The position numbers were made by a program, and so were the translations under genes. Positions 1-8,687 of a stretch of DNA of 50,758 nt are shown in pieces. The notes beneath the pieces were generated by a model, which saw only the letters and a program-made list of their open reading frames with translations, ran no database searches and was not told the origin of the DNA. The first letter of the stretch is position 1; each line of letters starts with the position of its first letter. The DNA is from a virus (taxonomy: Duplodnaviria > Caudoviricetes). The stretch is from the IMG/VR virus record IMGVR_UViG_3300044259_000063, positions 1 through 50,758 of that record; one strand, 5' to 3'.

Positions 1-84
1 TCTGATGGGGGTCAACATCTTTGATGTGAATCATCCTGGCCAGCGCCTGCCTGTGGTGACAAAGGGCCTTGATTGGGGTGGCGT

Positions 85-624
85 ATGAAGCGCACCCCCA
101 TGAAGCGAAGCGGCTTCAAGCGCGCCCCGCGCCGCGAGCCCATTGAACGTGCCGAGCGCGCGCCGGCCCAGGCAGTGGCCACCGTGAAGCCCATCCGCCG
201 CGGCGTGATTGCACCGGTGACGGGGTTCACGCCGGCAAAGCCAAAGACCAAAGCGATGCGCAACAGCCACCTCCGGGAAATGGCCCAGGGGCGCCCATGT
301 CTCTTGGCTGTGCCCGGCGTGTGCTGCGGAGACTGGTCGACCACGGTTTGCTGCCACTCCAACTTGTCGATCCACGGCAAAGGCGGCGCACGCAAGGCTG
401 AAGATTTTTTCAGTGCCTGGGGGTGTGTTTCGTGTCACCGATGGCTTGACCAGGGCCCTGCCGATGCCGTCCTCAAGGAAATGACCTTCATGCGCGCCCA
501 CCTGGCCCAGGTGCTGGAGTGGCGCGCCATCGCTTTCGATACGACCCAGCCCGAGCGCGACCGCCGCGCCGCTCGGTGGGCACTGGACCACCTCAACGCA
601 ACACCGATTGGAGCCGCAGCATGA
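85..624 (+). CDS. DUF1364-family phage protein (Cys/His nuclease-like)
   Basis: Motif A.GRPCLLAVPGVC...TTVCCHSN...GKGGARKAED...AWGCVSCHRWLD; ATG at 85. Confidence 0.8.
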   Translation: MKRTPMKRSGFKRAPRREPIERAERAPAQAVATVKPIRRGVIAPVTGFTPAKPKTKAMRNSHLREMAQGRPCLLAVPGVCCGDWSTTVCCHSNLSIHGKGGARKAEDFFSAWGCVSCHRWLDQGPADAVLKEMTFMRAHLAQVLEWRAIAFDTTQPERDRRAARWALDHLNATPIGAAA

Positions 625-1331
625 CCCCGTTCACCCCTGAAATGATCTTGCAGGCCCTGAAGGCAGGCCCCAAGACCTACGACGAGATTGCGCCGCCCTT
701 GCGCCGCGCGCGCCAACTGAGCGGCGTCTACGAGCTCACGGAATCCATGATCAAGGCCGGCAAGATCGAAAAGTTTCGCGCTGGAAACAATCAATGGGTG
801 CTGACCCTGCCGGGGTTTGTTGGATCAAAAGCGGAACTGGAATATCGGATTGCTCCATTCCTCCAGACTGATGGCGAATGCCTCATCTGGACTGGCACTT
901 CTGACCCAGTTCGCGGCCCAATGATCCATTGGAACAACATGGCGGTACCGGTGCGCCGCTTGTTGTGGACCCTGAATGGCCGTGACCTCACCAGCTCGCA
1001 GTCCCTGCGCTGCCGATGCGAGGAGCACAACTGCCTGCGGCTGGGCCACCTCCGCAAGGAAAACCGCGTCGAGGTACTGATCGGCAAGCCGCTGAGCCTA
1101 GTGCATAAAAAGCGCATCGCCGAGACCAAGCGAAAGAAATCGAACATATCTCAGGAGACTGTCAATCAGATCCGATCCAGCGATCAATCTTTGAAGCAGC
1201 TCGCCGCACTGACCAACGTGCCGATTTCCACCGTAGCCGCCATCCGTTGCGGGCGCCTGCATAAGGAATACCGCACCAATCCCTTCAGCGGACTGCTGCC
1301 GTCCAACTATGAAGCCAAGGCGAGGGCGTGA
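621..1331 (+). CDS. Hypothetical protein with degenerate HNH-like and HTH-like segments
   Basis: ATGA overlap with upstream stop; ECLIWTG...CRCEEHNCLRLGHL; C-terminal SLKQLAALTNVPISTVAAIR. Confidence 0.6.
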   Translation: MTPFTPEMILQALKAGPKTYDEIAPPLRRARQLSGVYELTESMIKAGKIEKFRAGNNQWVLTLPGFVGSKAELEYRIAPFLQTDGECLIWTGTSDPVRGPMIHWNNMAVPVRRLLWTLNGRDLTSSQSLRCRCEEHNCLRLGHLRKENRVEVLIGKPLSLVHKKRIAETKRKKSNISQETVNQIRSSDQSLKQLAALTNVPISTVAAIRCGRLHKEYRTNPFSGLLPSNYEAKARA

Positions 1332-1334
1332 TGA

Positions 1335-1541
1335 ATGAAATGCCCAACATGCATGGCGCACGCCGAGGTGCTGGAAACCCGGCATTACAAAAGCAGACAG
1401 ACGGTGAAACGCCGGTATCAATGCTTCAACCTTCACCGGTTTACCACCCTGGAGAACGTCGTCACAACGGATGCCACAACAGGGCCCCTCTCGGCCAAAA
1501 AGTCATCGCAGTCCAGGACGGCTGGTTTACTGACGGGCTGA
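1335..1541 (+). CDS. NrdR-like zinc-ribbon protein
   Basis: MKCPTC..AEVLETR....VKRRYQCFNLHRFTTLE matches the NrdR N-terminal Zn-ribbon pattern. Confidence 0.7.
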   Translation: MKCPTCMAHAEVLETRHYKSRQTVKRRYQCFNLHRFTTLENVVTTDATTGPLSAKKSSQSRTAGLLTG

Positions 1542-1657
1542 CCCGCTACCCAAAGATGGTCCTGCTCCCGTTCAGGATGGCCCCTGACTGCAAATACAGC
1601 GAGACCGATCTGGGCAAAGCCGACAAGGGCTGCGAGGGGTGCAAATGGCGCAAGTGA
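1421..1657 (+). CDS. Cys-rich hypothetical protein (start uncertain, overlaps the Zn-ribbon gene)
   Basis: GCHNRAP...QDGW...PFRMAPDCKY...GCEGCKWRK; its stop overlaps the next GTG (GTGA). Confidence 0.5.
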   Translation: MLQPSPVYHPGERRHNGCHNRAPLGQKVIAVQDGWFTDGLTRYPKMVLLPFRMAPDCKYSETDLGKADKGCEGCKWRK

Positions 1658-1911
1658 CGTGCACCGACTGCTACCAGGCAAAGCGCATCTGGCACTGGGG
1701 TGGCTATCACGCCGCCTGCAAGGGGTGCCAGACCAGGGCGCTTTCCAAGGGATTGGGCTTCTTCAACTCCCAGCGAGACAAGCACATGACCCGGGAATAC
1801 CGGTCAGCCCTCCAAGCGATCTACGGGGAGGCCTGGCGCGATGGCCATGAAGCTGTAAAGACCGAGGCGCAACGAATCCACACGCTCAAATCTCAAGAAG
1901 GCAACCAATGA
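1654..1911 (+). CDS. Hypothetical Zn-binding protein
   Basis: GTG start coupled to upstream TGA; CTDC...CKGC; stop coupled to next ATG. Confidence 0.65.
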   Translation: MTCTDCYQAKRIWHWGGYHAACKGCQTRALSKGLGFFNSQRDKHMTREYRSALQAIYGEAWRDGHEAVKTEAQRIHTLKSQEGNQ

Positions 1912-2294
1912 AGAATGCAGACATTGATTCAGTCTTGGACGATTTGCTGTCCTCCTGGCACAAATGGAGTGCTCAATACCAGTACGGGAAAGGTTATCCA
2001 TCCACCGACATCGCCTGCCGCCAGGCCCGCATATCAAGGCAATACGATGATGAAAACGGCGCTCTTGATGCCAGCGTCGAAAACTCGGTCATGGAGGCAT
2101 TTGATGCAGCTATGGACAGGATTGAGCAGCCCTGGCGCACTGCATTGAGCATTCAGGCAAGGAACTTTGCCACCGGCGCCCGGGTGTGGAGTAGCCCGCG
2201 GCTTCCTGCTGACCCCATGGAGCGCGCGATTCTCACAACCGAGGCCAGGAACCGATTGATGCGAGAGCTTGCAGTGGATGGAATTTTGAATTAG
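1908..2294 (+). CDS. Putative Q-like late antiterminator
   Basis: LDDLLSSWHKW N-terminus, 128 aa, last gene before a promoter-terminator pair and the late operon; function inferred from position. Confidence 0.55.
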   Translation: MKNADIDSVLDDLLSSWHKWSAQYQYGKGYPSTDIACRQARISRQYDDENGALDASVENSVMEAFDAAMDRIEQPWRTALSIQARNFATGARVWSSPRLPADPMERAILTTEARNRLMRELAVDGILN

Positions 2295-2297
2295 TAT
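2269..2297 (+). promoter_or_regulatory. sigma70-type late promoter (pR'-like)
   Basis: TTGCAG (2269-2274), 17-bp spacer, TAGTAT (2292-2297). Confidence 0.6.
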
Positions 2298-2329
2298 TCC
2301 CTCCGGGCGGACAGGTGCGCCCAAAATTT

Positions 2330-2353
2330 CCCGCTTCGGCGGGTTTTTGCTTT
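2330..2353 (+). terminator. Intrinsic terminator (tR'-like)
   Basis: CCCGC-TTCG-GCGGG followed by TTTTTGCTTT. Confidence 0.75.
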
Positions 2354-2415
2354 CAAGGCTGCTGATTGGTGACGTTCTAGACGGACAGGGCGAAACCCTC
2401 AGTCAGCAGCCTTGA
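2353..2415 (+). ncRNA. Putative structured RNA: 16-bp stem capped by two small hairpins
   Basis: TCAAGGCTGCTGATTG/CAGTCAGCAGCCTTGA (one G-U pair on + strand) enclosing CGT-TCTAG-ACG and AGGG-CGAAA-CCCT. Confidence 0.45.
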
Positions 2416-2523
2416 GAGTGAATGCGTGGCTGAGTGTTTAAAGGCTGACGCAGATAAGGCGGATGTGTTCTGCACATCACATAGCATCCGCCACATGGGT
2501 TCGAAACCCATCGCATCGCTCTC
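2414..2523 (+). ncRNA. tRNA-like / pseudo-tRNA element
   Basis: D-arm-like TGGCTGAGTGTTTAAAGGC, T-arm ATGGG-TTCGAAA-CCCAT, closing stem GAGAGTG/CGCTCTC; no canonical anticodon arm. Confidence 0.55.
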
Positions 2524-2829
2524 GATTACCCCCAAGGCCGCCCAGGTTTACCCCTCGGGCGGCTTTTTCTTTTCCCCACTCCAAATCCAGCAAGCGGTTG
2601 ACCAGCCGGCCTTTTCACCCGGCCCAGGGAAGAAAACGCTGGCCCCACCAGTGGTGGGCAAACCACTGGCTCCAACCACCCGCCAGCACCAGCCCTGCGC
2701 CTCCCAGGGCCGCTGGTGGGGTGTGTTGGCTTAAATCCGCTGCAGCCAGCGAGCGCTGGACAAGCACCAAGCCCATCAGGCCGAGCTGACTCGCTCGGCT
2801 GCAGCCCCCATTGAAAAAAAGGAATGTTA

Positions 2830-3156
2830 ATGGCAACCGCACCCATGTCCCAGCCCGCAGCTCCGGCCGAAGACCCAACGGCAGAAATGCCAGAAGCCCC
2901 AGAGGCTGAAGGTGGCTACACCATCTGCATCAAGGTGGGCGCTGACGGCCAAATCTCTGTCGGCCTGGAAAACCCCGCTGCAGAAGCTGCCGAATCGCCC
3001 GAGCAGGAAGCCGCCGAGGAATCCGGCCTCCAGCCTGTCAAGTCCATCAAGGACGCGCTGACCGCTGCCCTGGAGATCTACCGCTCCAACGGTCAAGCGC
3101 CCCAGGACAGCGCATCCATGCAGGATGAATTCCAGTCAGGCTACAAGGGCAAGTAA
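2830..3156 (+). CDS. Acidic hypothetical protein
   Basis: ORF with AAGGA RBS, phage-like codon usage, stop overlaps next ATG. Confidence 0.7.
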   Translation: MATAPMSQPAAPAEDPTAEMPEAPEAEGGYTICIKVGADGQISVGLENPAAEAAESPEQEAAEESGLQPVKSIKDALTAALEIYRSNGQAPQDSASMQDEFQSGYKGK

Positions 3157-3365
3157 TGGCCAAGGCAGTCATTACCCTCCAGGACTCCGACAACGGGTCC
3201 ATCCTGGTCAGTGTCGACCACGTTGGCGGCTTCGACCAAGCCAGCCACGCCCACCAGCATTCCTGCCTGCTGCTTGCATGTGTGGAAGAACTTCTGGAGC
3301 GCCAAGGCACTGCCATCGGTGAGCACGGCGAGATGCCGATGAAGAAGGCTGCTGAGGTCGCCTGA
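3156..3365 (+). CDS. Hypothetical protein
   Basis: TAATG coupling; 69-aa ORF. Confidence 0.65.
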   Translation: MAKAVITLQDSDNGSILVSVDHVGGFDQASHAHQHSCLLLACVEELLERQGTAIGEHGEMPMKKAAEVA

Positions 3366-3371
3366 TCCCAG

Positions 3372-4055
3372 ATGACAGAGAAAAAGACTTCACCCGCTGA
3401 GGACAAAGCAGCGGGGGGGAAAGTCGCGCCTGATTGGGAACGAATCGAGGCAGATTACCGAGCCGGCCTTCTTTCAGTCCGTGAGATCGCTTCTGCAAAT
3501 GGGGTGTCCCATGTGGCTATCCAGAAGCGCGCAAAGCGTGATGGATGGACAAGAGACCTAGCCGCAAAGATCAAAGCAAAGGCCGACGACCTAGTTACCA
3601 AAGAGCTGGTTACCAAGGAAGTTACCAAAGAAAAAGCGGTAACCGAACGTCAGATTGTTGAAGCCGGTGCTGAAGCTATTGCGCGTGTTCGCTTGGCCCA
3701 TCGCAGCGACATCAACAAGGGCCGAAACATCGTTACTCGCCTGTTTGACGAGCTCGGCTCCGAAATGGACAACCTCCCCGAGCTGCATGAGCTGGGCGAG
3801 ATGATGCGCAAGGAATCCGAGTCGGGTATCGACAAGCTCAATGACCTGTACCGCAAGGTGATCAGCATGCCGGGGCGCGTCGAGTCGGTGAAGAAGCTAT
3901 CGGAAGCCCTGAAGAACCTGATCGCAATGGAGCGCGAGGCCTACGGATTGGCCGAGGCTCAAAAGATCGAGCTGACCGGCAAGAACGGCGAGCTGATCAA
4001 CCCCATGACCCCGGGCGATGCGTACATGCATTTGCTCGGCAAGGGCAATGGCTGA
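3372..4055 (+). CDS. terS: Terminase small subunit
   Basis: PDWERIEADYRAGLLSVREIA...AIQKRAKRDGW HTH; C-terminal KIELTGKNG; directly upstream of terL. Confidence 0.8.
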   Translation: MTEKKTSPAEDKAAGGKVAPDWERIEADYRAGLLSVREIASANGVSHVAIQKRAKRDGWTRDLAAKIKAKADDLVTKELVTKEVTKEKAVTERQIVEAGAEAIARVRLAHRSDINKGRNIVTRLFDELGSEMDNLPELHELGEMMRKESESGIDKLNDLYRKVISMPGRVESVKKLSEALKNLIAMEREAYGLAEAQKIELTGKNGELINPMTPGDAYMHLLGKGNG

Positions 4056-5586
4056 ACTGTGGTTTCCCGAGGGCTTCAACTGGAAGGCCCCGGATTACGC
4101 CCCGGTTTGGAATGAGCGCGCGGAAAGGCTGAAGCGCATCCGCGAGCCTGGGTTTGACCTGAATGCGTTGCACGACTTCTACGCAGAGAACCCGACGAAC
4201 TTCATCCACGACTGGGGGTGCACCTTCGACCCCCGCAACGTTGAACGCGGGATTGATGCCGTGGTGCCATTCCTGCTATTCAAGCGCCAGGCCCAGTTCA
4301 TCGACTGGCTGGTTGAGCGCTGGAAGAACCGCGAAGATGGCCTGGTCGAGAAATCCCGCGACATGGGGGTTTCCTGGCTATGCGTGGCCGGCGCCGCCTG
4401 GATGTGGCGCTACAAGAAAGGCACGGTTGTAGGTTTTGGATCGCGCAAAGAAGAGTACGTCGACAAGATCGGCGACCCAAAGTCGCTGTTCTGGAAGCTG
4501 CGCCAGTTCATCAACCTGCTGCCCAAGGAGTTCACCCCTGAGGGCTACAGCGAGAAGGTTTGCGCGCCTCACATGCGGGTCATCAACCCGGAGAACGGCG
4601 CCGCAATCATCGGGGAAGCCGGCGACAACATCGGCCGGGGCAACCGTACATCGATCTACCTGAAGGACGAATCGGCCTTCTACGAGCGCGCCGAAGCTGT
4701 GGATGCGGCCTTGAGCCAAACGTCAAACTGCAAGATCGACGTGAGCACGCCGAATGGGTCCGGGAATCCCTTCTACAACAAGCGCCATGGCGGGCGGATT
4801 CCGGTCTTCATCTTCGATTGGAAGCAAGACCCCCGCAAGGACGCCGATTGGTACCGCAAGCAGTGCGAAACGCTTGATCCGATCATCGTCGCCCAGGAAA
4901 TTGATCGGAACTATGAAAGCTCGGTGACGAACGCTTTCATCCCGGGTGAGCTGGTGTCCGAGGCCATGTCAAAGGGGCCGGCAGACATCAAGCCCATGGG
5001 TGGCTTGCGGGTCGGCATCGACGTTGCGCGCTTCGGTGATGACAAGACTGTGATTACCTTCCGCCGCGGGCGCGTCTTGCTCAAGCAGGTGACGCTCTCG
5101 AAGCTGGATGTGGCCCAGGTGGCCGGCCGCGCAAGGGCTGAGATTGCAGCCTACGGCGAAAAGCCTGAGCAGATCGCAGTGGACACGATTGGTATTGGGG
5201 CTGGGGTCGCGGACATGATGCGCGCCTGGTTCCCCAAGAAGAATGGCCAGGACGTTGTGGTTGACGTGAACGCGTCTTTGCGAATGTCCAACGGCCTTGA
5301 CTACAACCTGCGCGCCCAGATGTGGCGCGAGATGCGGGAGTGGCTCAAAACAGCCAGCATCCCAAACGATCAGGACTTGAGAACGGACCTCACAGCGTTG
5401 CGCTACGGGTTCCGTGGCGGCGAGCTGCTGCTTGAGTCCAAAGAAGACGCAAAGCGCCGAGGCGTGAAGTCGCCCGACCGCGGTGATTCTCTTGCTCTGA
5501 CCTTCGCCATACCCACCAAGGTGCGCGAGCAGAGCAGGACAACGACCGCCACATTCCAGCCGCTGGACTCCGCCTTCGGCTACTGA
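4048..5586 (+). CDS. terL: Terminase large subunit
   Basis: EKSRDMGVSW Walker A-like, IYLKDESA Walker B, STPNG motif III, GIDVARFGDD and SPDRGDSLAL RNase H nuclease motifs. Confidence 0.95.
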   Translation: MAELWFPEGFNWKAPDYAPVWNERAERLKRIREPGFDLNALHDFYAENPTNFIHDWGCTFDPRNVERGIDAVVPFLLFKRQAQFIDWLVERWKNREDGLVEKSRDMGVSWLCVAGAAWMWRYKKGTVVGFGSRKEEYVDKIGDPKSLFWKLRQFINLLPKEFTPEGYSEKVCAPHMRVINPENGAAIIGEAGDNIGRGNRTSIYLKDESAFYERAEAVDAALSQTSNCKIDVSTPNGSGNPFYNKRHGGRIPVFIFDWKQDPRKDADWYRKQCETLDPIIVAQEIDRNYESSVTNAFIPGELVSEAMSKGPADIKPMGGLRVGIDVARFGDDKTVITFRRGRVLLKQVTLSKLDVAQVAGRARAEIAAYGEKPEQIAVDTIGIGAGVADMMRAWFPKKNGQDVVVDVNASLRMSNGLDYNLRAQMWREMREWLKTASIPNDQDLRTDLTALRYGFRGGELLLESKEDAKRRGVKSPDRGDSLALTFAIPTKVREQSRTTTATFQPLDSAFGY

Positions 5587-5603
5587 TCAAAACACATTCA
5601 ACA

Positions 5604-5631
5604 GACCGCCTTCGGGCGGTTTTTGCTTTTT
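5604..5631 (+). terminator. Intrinsic terminator
   Basis: ACCGCC-TTCG-GGCGGT followed by T-tract. Confidence 0.75.
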
Positions 5632-5642
5632 GGGACCGCTCA

Positions 5643-6008
5643 ATGTCTAGCTCTACCGTCAGCATCATCCCATCGGCAGACCCGACAAAGGGCCTGCTTT
5701 ACAGCCCTTCGACCGCAGCCGAGTCGGCCCGGGTTGTGAGGGAATCGCCCGGCACGATTTACGGCCTGACAGCCGTCAACACCGGCGGCGTCGCCCAGTT
5801 CGTGCAGATCTACGACTTGGCCGGAACTCCAGGCTTGGCCGCTCAGCCCGTCTGGTCCCTGCCCATTGCCGCAAACAGCAGCCTGAACATCGATTTCGGC
5901 CCCTATGGCATCGGCCTGACGACCGGGATTGCCATCGGCAACAGCACCACAGCAGCAACGCGCACCGCCGGTGCCTCCGATTGCTTGTTCTACCCGCGCT
6001 TCAAGTAA
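5643..6008 (+). CDS. Small beta-rich hypothetical protein (possibly virion-associated)
   Basis: 121-aa ORF, PGTIYGLTAVN...FVQIYD pattern. Confidence 0.7.
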   Translation: MSSSTVSIIPSADPTKGLLYSPSTAAESARVVRESPGTIYGLTAVNTGGVAQFVQIYDLAGTPGLAAQPVWSLPIAANSSLNIDFGPYGIGLTTGIAIGNSTTAATRTAGASDCLFYPRFK

Positions 6009-6020
6009 TCGGAACACGCC

Positions 6021-8633
6021 ATGCCAAAAGTCAAATTTCCCGTTGCCCCTCAGCAGCTTGTCTTGAACGACAAAGGGTTGGTCGAAGGCGTTTCAAACCA
6101 TGACGGCAGCGAAAAAGTTTTGCTTGGGGCAAATCTCAACGGCGTTGGTGGTTATACGTTTGACCAAGCTTCTTTGGACTCGCATTCGGCCGAGCATTTG
6201 AGTATCAGCGCAGCAAGCATCACATCTGCTGCTGATCCATTCGGTGGGCGCGTGCCGTTCGCCGAGGTGTACCGCCGCAGCCAATCGTTTTTGTCAGCTC
6301 GCATCACCAATCCGACAGGTTTGGCCTACGCGAACGAGCCGGTGGGCATCCACGTTGAGTTTGAGCGCGGGGAAGTCATCAGCCCGGACTATTTGAATGT
6401 TCTGGATCAGAATGGCTCAGCGCTGGCATTCCAGTGGGAAGGTTCGTTCGATTGGAAGACCGAGACGGACATGTCCACCTGGGATTGGGTGCGCGACACA
6501 TCCACCCCGACTTATTCGTCGGCGACCGTGTTCACGGTGCCTGGCGATAAGACAGACCTCTATTTCGTTGGGCGCCGCGTCCAGGCGTCCTGCACTGCAG
6601 GTCTGGTGACTGGTGCTGTATCGGCAGTTTCTTACGCTACCGGCACGACGACTGTGACGCTGGCCATGGACACTACGGTTGCAGCAACCGGCGTTCCCAA
6701 CTCCGCGATGGCCCTTGATTCTGGCCTGCGCTCCGTTTCTGTCGCCGGATCTCTGCGCGCTGGCACGATCTGGGTGATCTGCCCGTCGCTTGGCGCCACT
6801 CAATCGCTGCTGTATCAGATCAAGATCAATGATGCGGCTCAGAACAACGCATTCACCCCGGCACTGACTTACACGGCTGGCAGCACAAGCCAGTTCACCC
6901 CTGCCAGCGTAGGAAACATTACCTACAGTTTCGAGTCAAGCCAGGCATACATGCTTCGCCGCATGTATGACAACCGCTACTCTGCGGCCGATTACTTCTC
7001 TGGCGTGAATGGTGTGTACGTGATGAACACCATTGCTGGCACTCAAAACATGAGCTACACCGGTGCTCAGGTGACTGGGGTTGCATCTGGTATTCGGAAC
7101 GCTCAAGCTTATGGGAATGGTGTCGTTTTCCGCGAATGGCAGACTCAATTCCAGTGGGTCAATGAGACGAGCATGTGGACTCGCGTGCGGTATCGCATTT
7201 GGGCCAACAACCGCGTTGATGTGGATACCTATTCCTGGACGACAGCAGCGCTGACCAGCAGCGCTCGCAACCTGGTCACCATTGCGACCTGCTCATCGAC
7301 TGGTGCGACCAACACTCAAAACGCGACCAGCGCTTACGTTGAGAACGCATACACCTCGCCGACCAAGCAGATTTTGTTGGCGGGCCTCTTCAACCAGATG
7401 CAGTCCGAGGCTGGCACAACTGGGTTTTCGGCCTACTACAGCCAGCCTGGCGTTTGGCAGACCCTGGGCTGGCAAGGGACTGTTGGTCCCGCCCAATATT
7501 CGTATTGGTCCACCAAGTTCCGGATCTCTGCCGCATACGCATCGGGCGACGTTGCGAATGAGTTCCTGCGCCTGCGCAACCCGCTGTACAGCCGTGCAAA
7601 TCGTGCTGCAAAGCCTGAACTGAAAGCCCGATTTGCCCAGCTGGCCGCATCTCTGATCGGTGCCTATGCCGATTGGTACCCGACTCAGAACGAAAACAAC
7701 TGGAAAGGCTGTCTCGCACTTGCAGTCCTGACCGATGGCTATCTGCATGGCCGAAACAGGTACTCTGAGGCCCTGGCTTATTTCAACAGTTGGTTGTCGT
7801 CCTACAGCCTGAGCGGGTCTGCTTCCGACTTTTATACCGTGTGGAACAACAGTACGGTCGGGATTGAGTACACCGGGCGTAACATGCAGGTGGCCATTCA
7901 CCTGTACAACTCTCCATACTCAAACGCAATTGATCGAGAATTTTTGGCCGGTGTTATCCATGGATATGCGGATTTCATCGTCAGAGTGGAAGGCGTTTCA
8001 GGGGGGGCTGGACAGGTCCCCATTCGACAAAACACGAGCGACAACTTCAACGGCGAATCCTCTGGTATTCGCGCCCTGGCTGAGTCGCTGTTGCTGTCGC
8101 CTGGAAATACGACCCGATCGGCCTGCTTGGCACGGATCGTGGCGCGCTTTCAAAGCGGGTTCGAGTTCAAGAATTGGCTTGCTTACTCGATGACTGACCC
8201 CGGTGTTTTGAAAAATGGCATCAGTGTCTATTCGGGCCATTACTACGCCTTCGCAGTGGCTGAGTATTTTGACGCTCGTCTGATCAACCCGTCTGTTGTT
8301 CCTGACTTGGGCGTGACATTCCGGCCGGCTTCGCTGTGGCTGACAAATGCGCTTGGTCAAATCAACGAGCGTCTCGCGAACAATGACCCAGACAGGCGCG
8401 GGGTTGCAAATTCTGCACTCTACTGGGCATCGGCATTACTGCTTGCCCCCACTGTGTACGATTCTGACATTTCCGCTGCGATTGGAATTCTGAGCCACCT
8501 TCAAAGTAAGGCAATCCCTGGCGGCATGTTTCAAAACCCCGTTGATGGATGGTCTGCCCCCACGACGGTATCTCAAGCCGCAATGGACGTTCGGATGCTT
8601 TGCTCAGCTGTCTCTGTGCTTCAAACGATCTAA
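6021..8633 (+). CDS. 870-aa protein, PcRGLX/YetA-like architecture (putative polysaccharide lyase or depolymerase)
   Basis: NEPVGIHVEFERGEV...LNVLDQNGSALAFQ resembles the PcRGLX N-terminal barrel; beta-rich middle; aromatic-rich helical C-terminal half. Confidence 0.5.
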   Translation: MPKVKFPVAPQQLVLNDKGLVEGVSNHDGSEKVLLGANLNGVGGYTFDQASLDSHSAEHLSISAASITSAADPFGGRVPFAEVYRRSQSFLSARITNPTGLAYANEPVGIHVEFERGEVISPDYLNVLDQNGSALAFQWEGSFDWKTETDMSTWDWVRDTSTPTYSSATVFTVPGDKTDLYFVGRRVQASCTAGLVTGAVSAVSYATGTTTVTLAMDTTVAATGVPNSAMALDSGLRSVSVAGSLRAGTIWVICPSLGATQSLLYQIKINDAAQNNAFTPALTYTAGSTSQFTPASVGNITYSFESSQAYMLRRMYDNRYSAADYFSGVNGVYVMNTIAGTQNMSYTGAQVTGVASGIRNAQAYGNGVVFREWQTQFQWVNETSMWTRVRYRIWANNRVDVDTYSWTTAALTSSARNLVTIATCSSTGATNTQNATSAYVENAYTSPTKQILLAGLFNQMQSEAGTTGFSAYYSQPGVWQTLGWQGTVGPAQYSYWSTKFRISAAYASGDVANEFLRLRNPLYSRANRAAKPELKARFAQLAASLIGAYADWYPTQNENNWKGCLALAVLTDGYLHGRNRYSEALAYFNSWLSSYSLSGSASDFYTVWNNSTVGIEYTGRNMQVAIHLYNSPYSNAIDREFLAGVIHGYADFIVRVEGVSGGAGQVPIRQNTSDNFNGESSGIRALAESLLLSPGNTTRSACLARIVARFQSGFEFKNWLAYSMTDPGVLKNGISVYSGHYYAFAVAEYFDARLINPSVVPDLGVTFRPASLWLTNALGQINERLANNDPDRRGVANSALYWASALLLAPTVYDSDISAAIGILSHLQSKAIPGGMFQNPVDGWSAPTTVSQAAMDVRMLCSAVSVLQTI

Positions 8634-8650
8634 ACAAAAAACGTCAACGC

Positions 8651-8675
8651 AAACCGCCCTTGAGGCGGTTTTTTT
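8651..8675 (+). terminator. Intrinsic terminator
   Basis: AAACCGCC-CTTGA-GGCGGTTT followed by T-tract. Confidence 0.75.
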
Positions 8676-8687
8676 ACGCCCGCTCAA

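Noticed and set aside
2370-2377. TGACGTTC complementary to the GAACGTCA linker of the 49568-49754 RNA
   Set aside because: An 8-nt match is expected by chance in a window of this size
2369-2386. CTA in a hairpin loop as an amber-suppressor anticodon for the rha stop
   Set aside because: Only a 3-4-bp stem and no cloverleaf; TAG serves as a normal stop elsewhere (2294, 32340, integrase), so there is no sign of recoding
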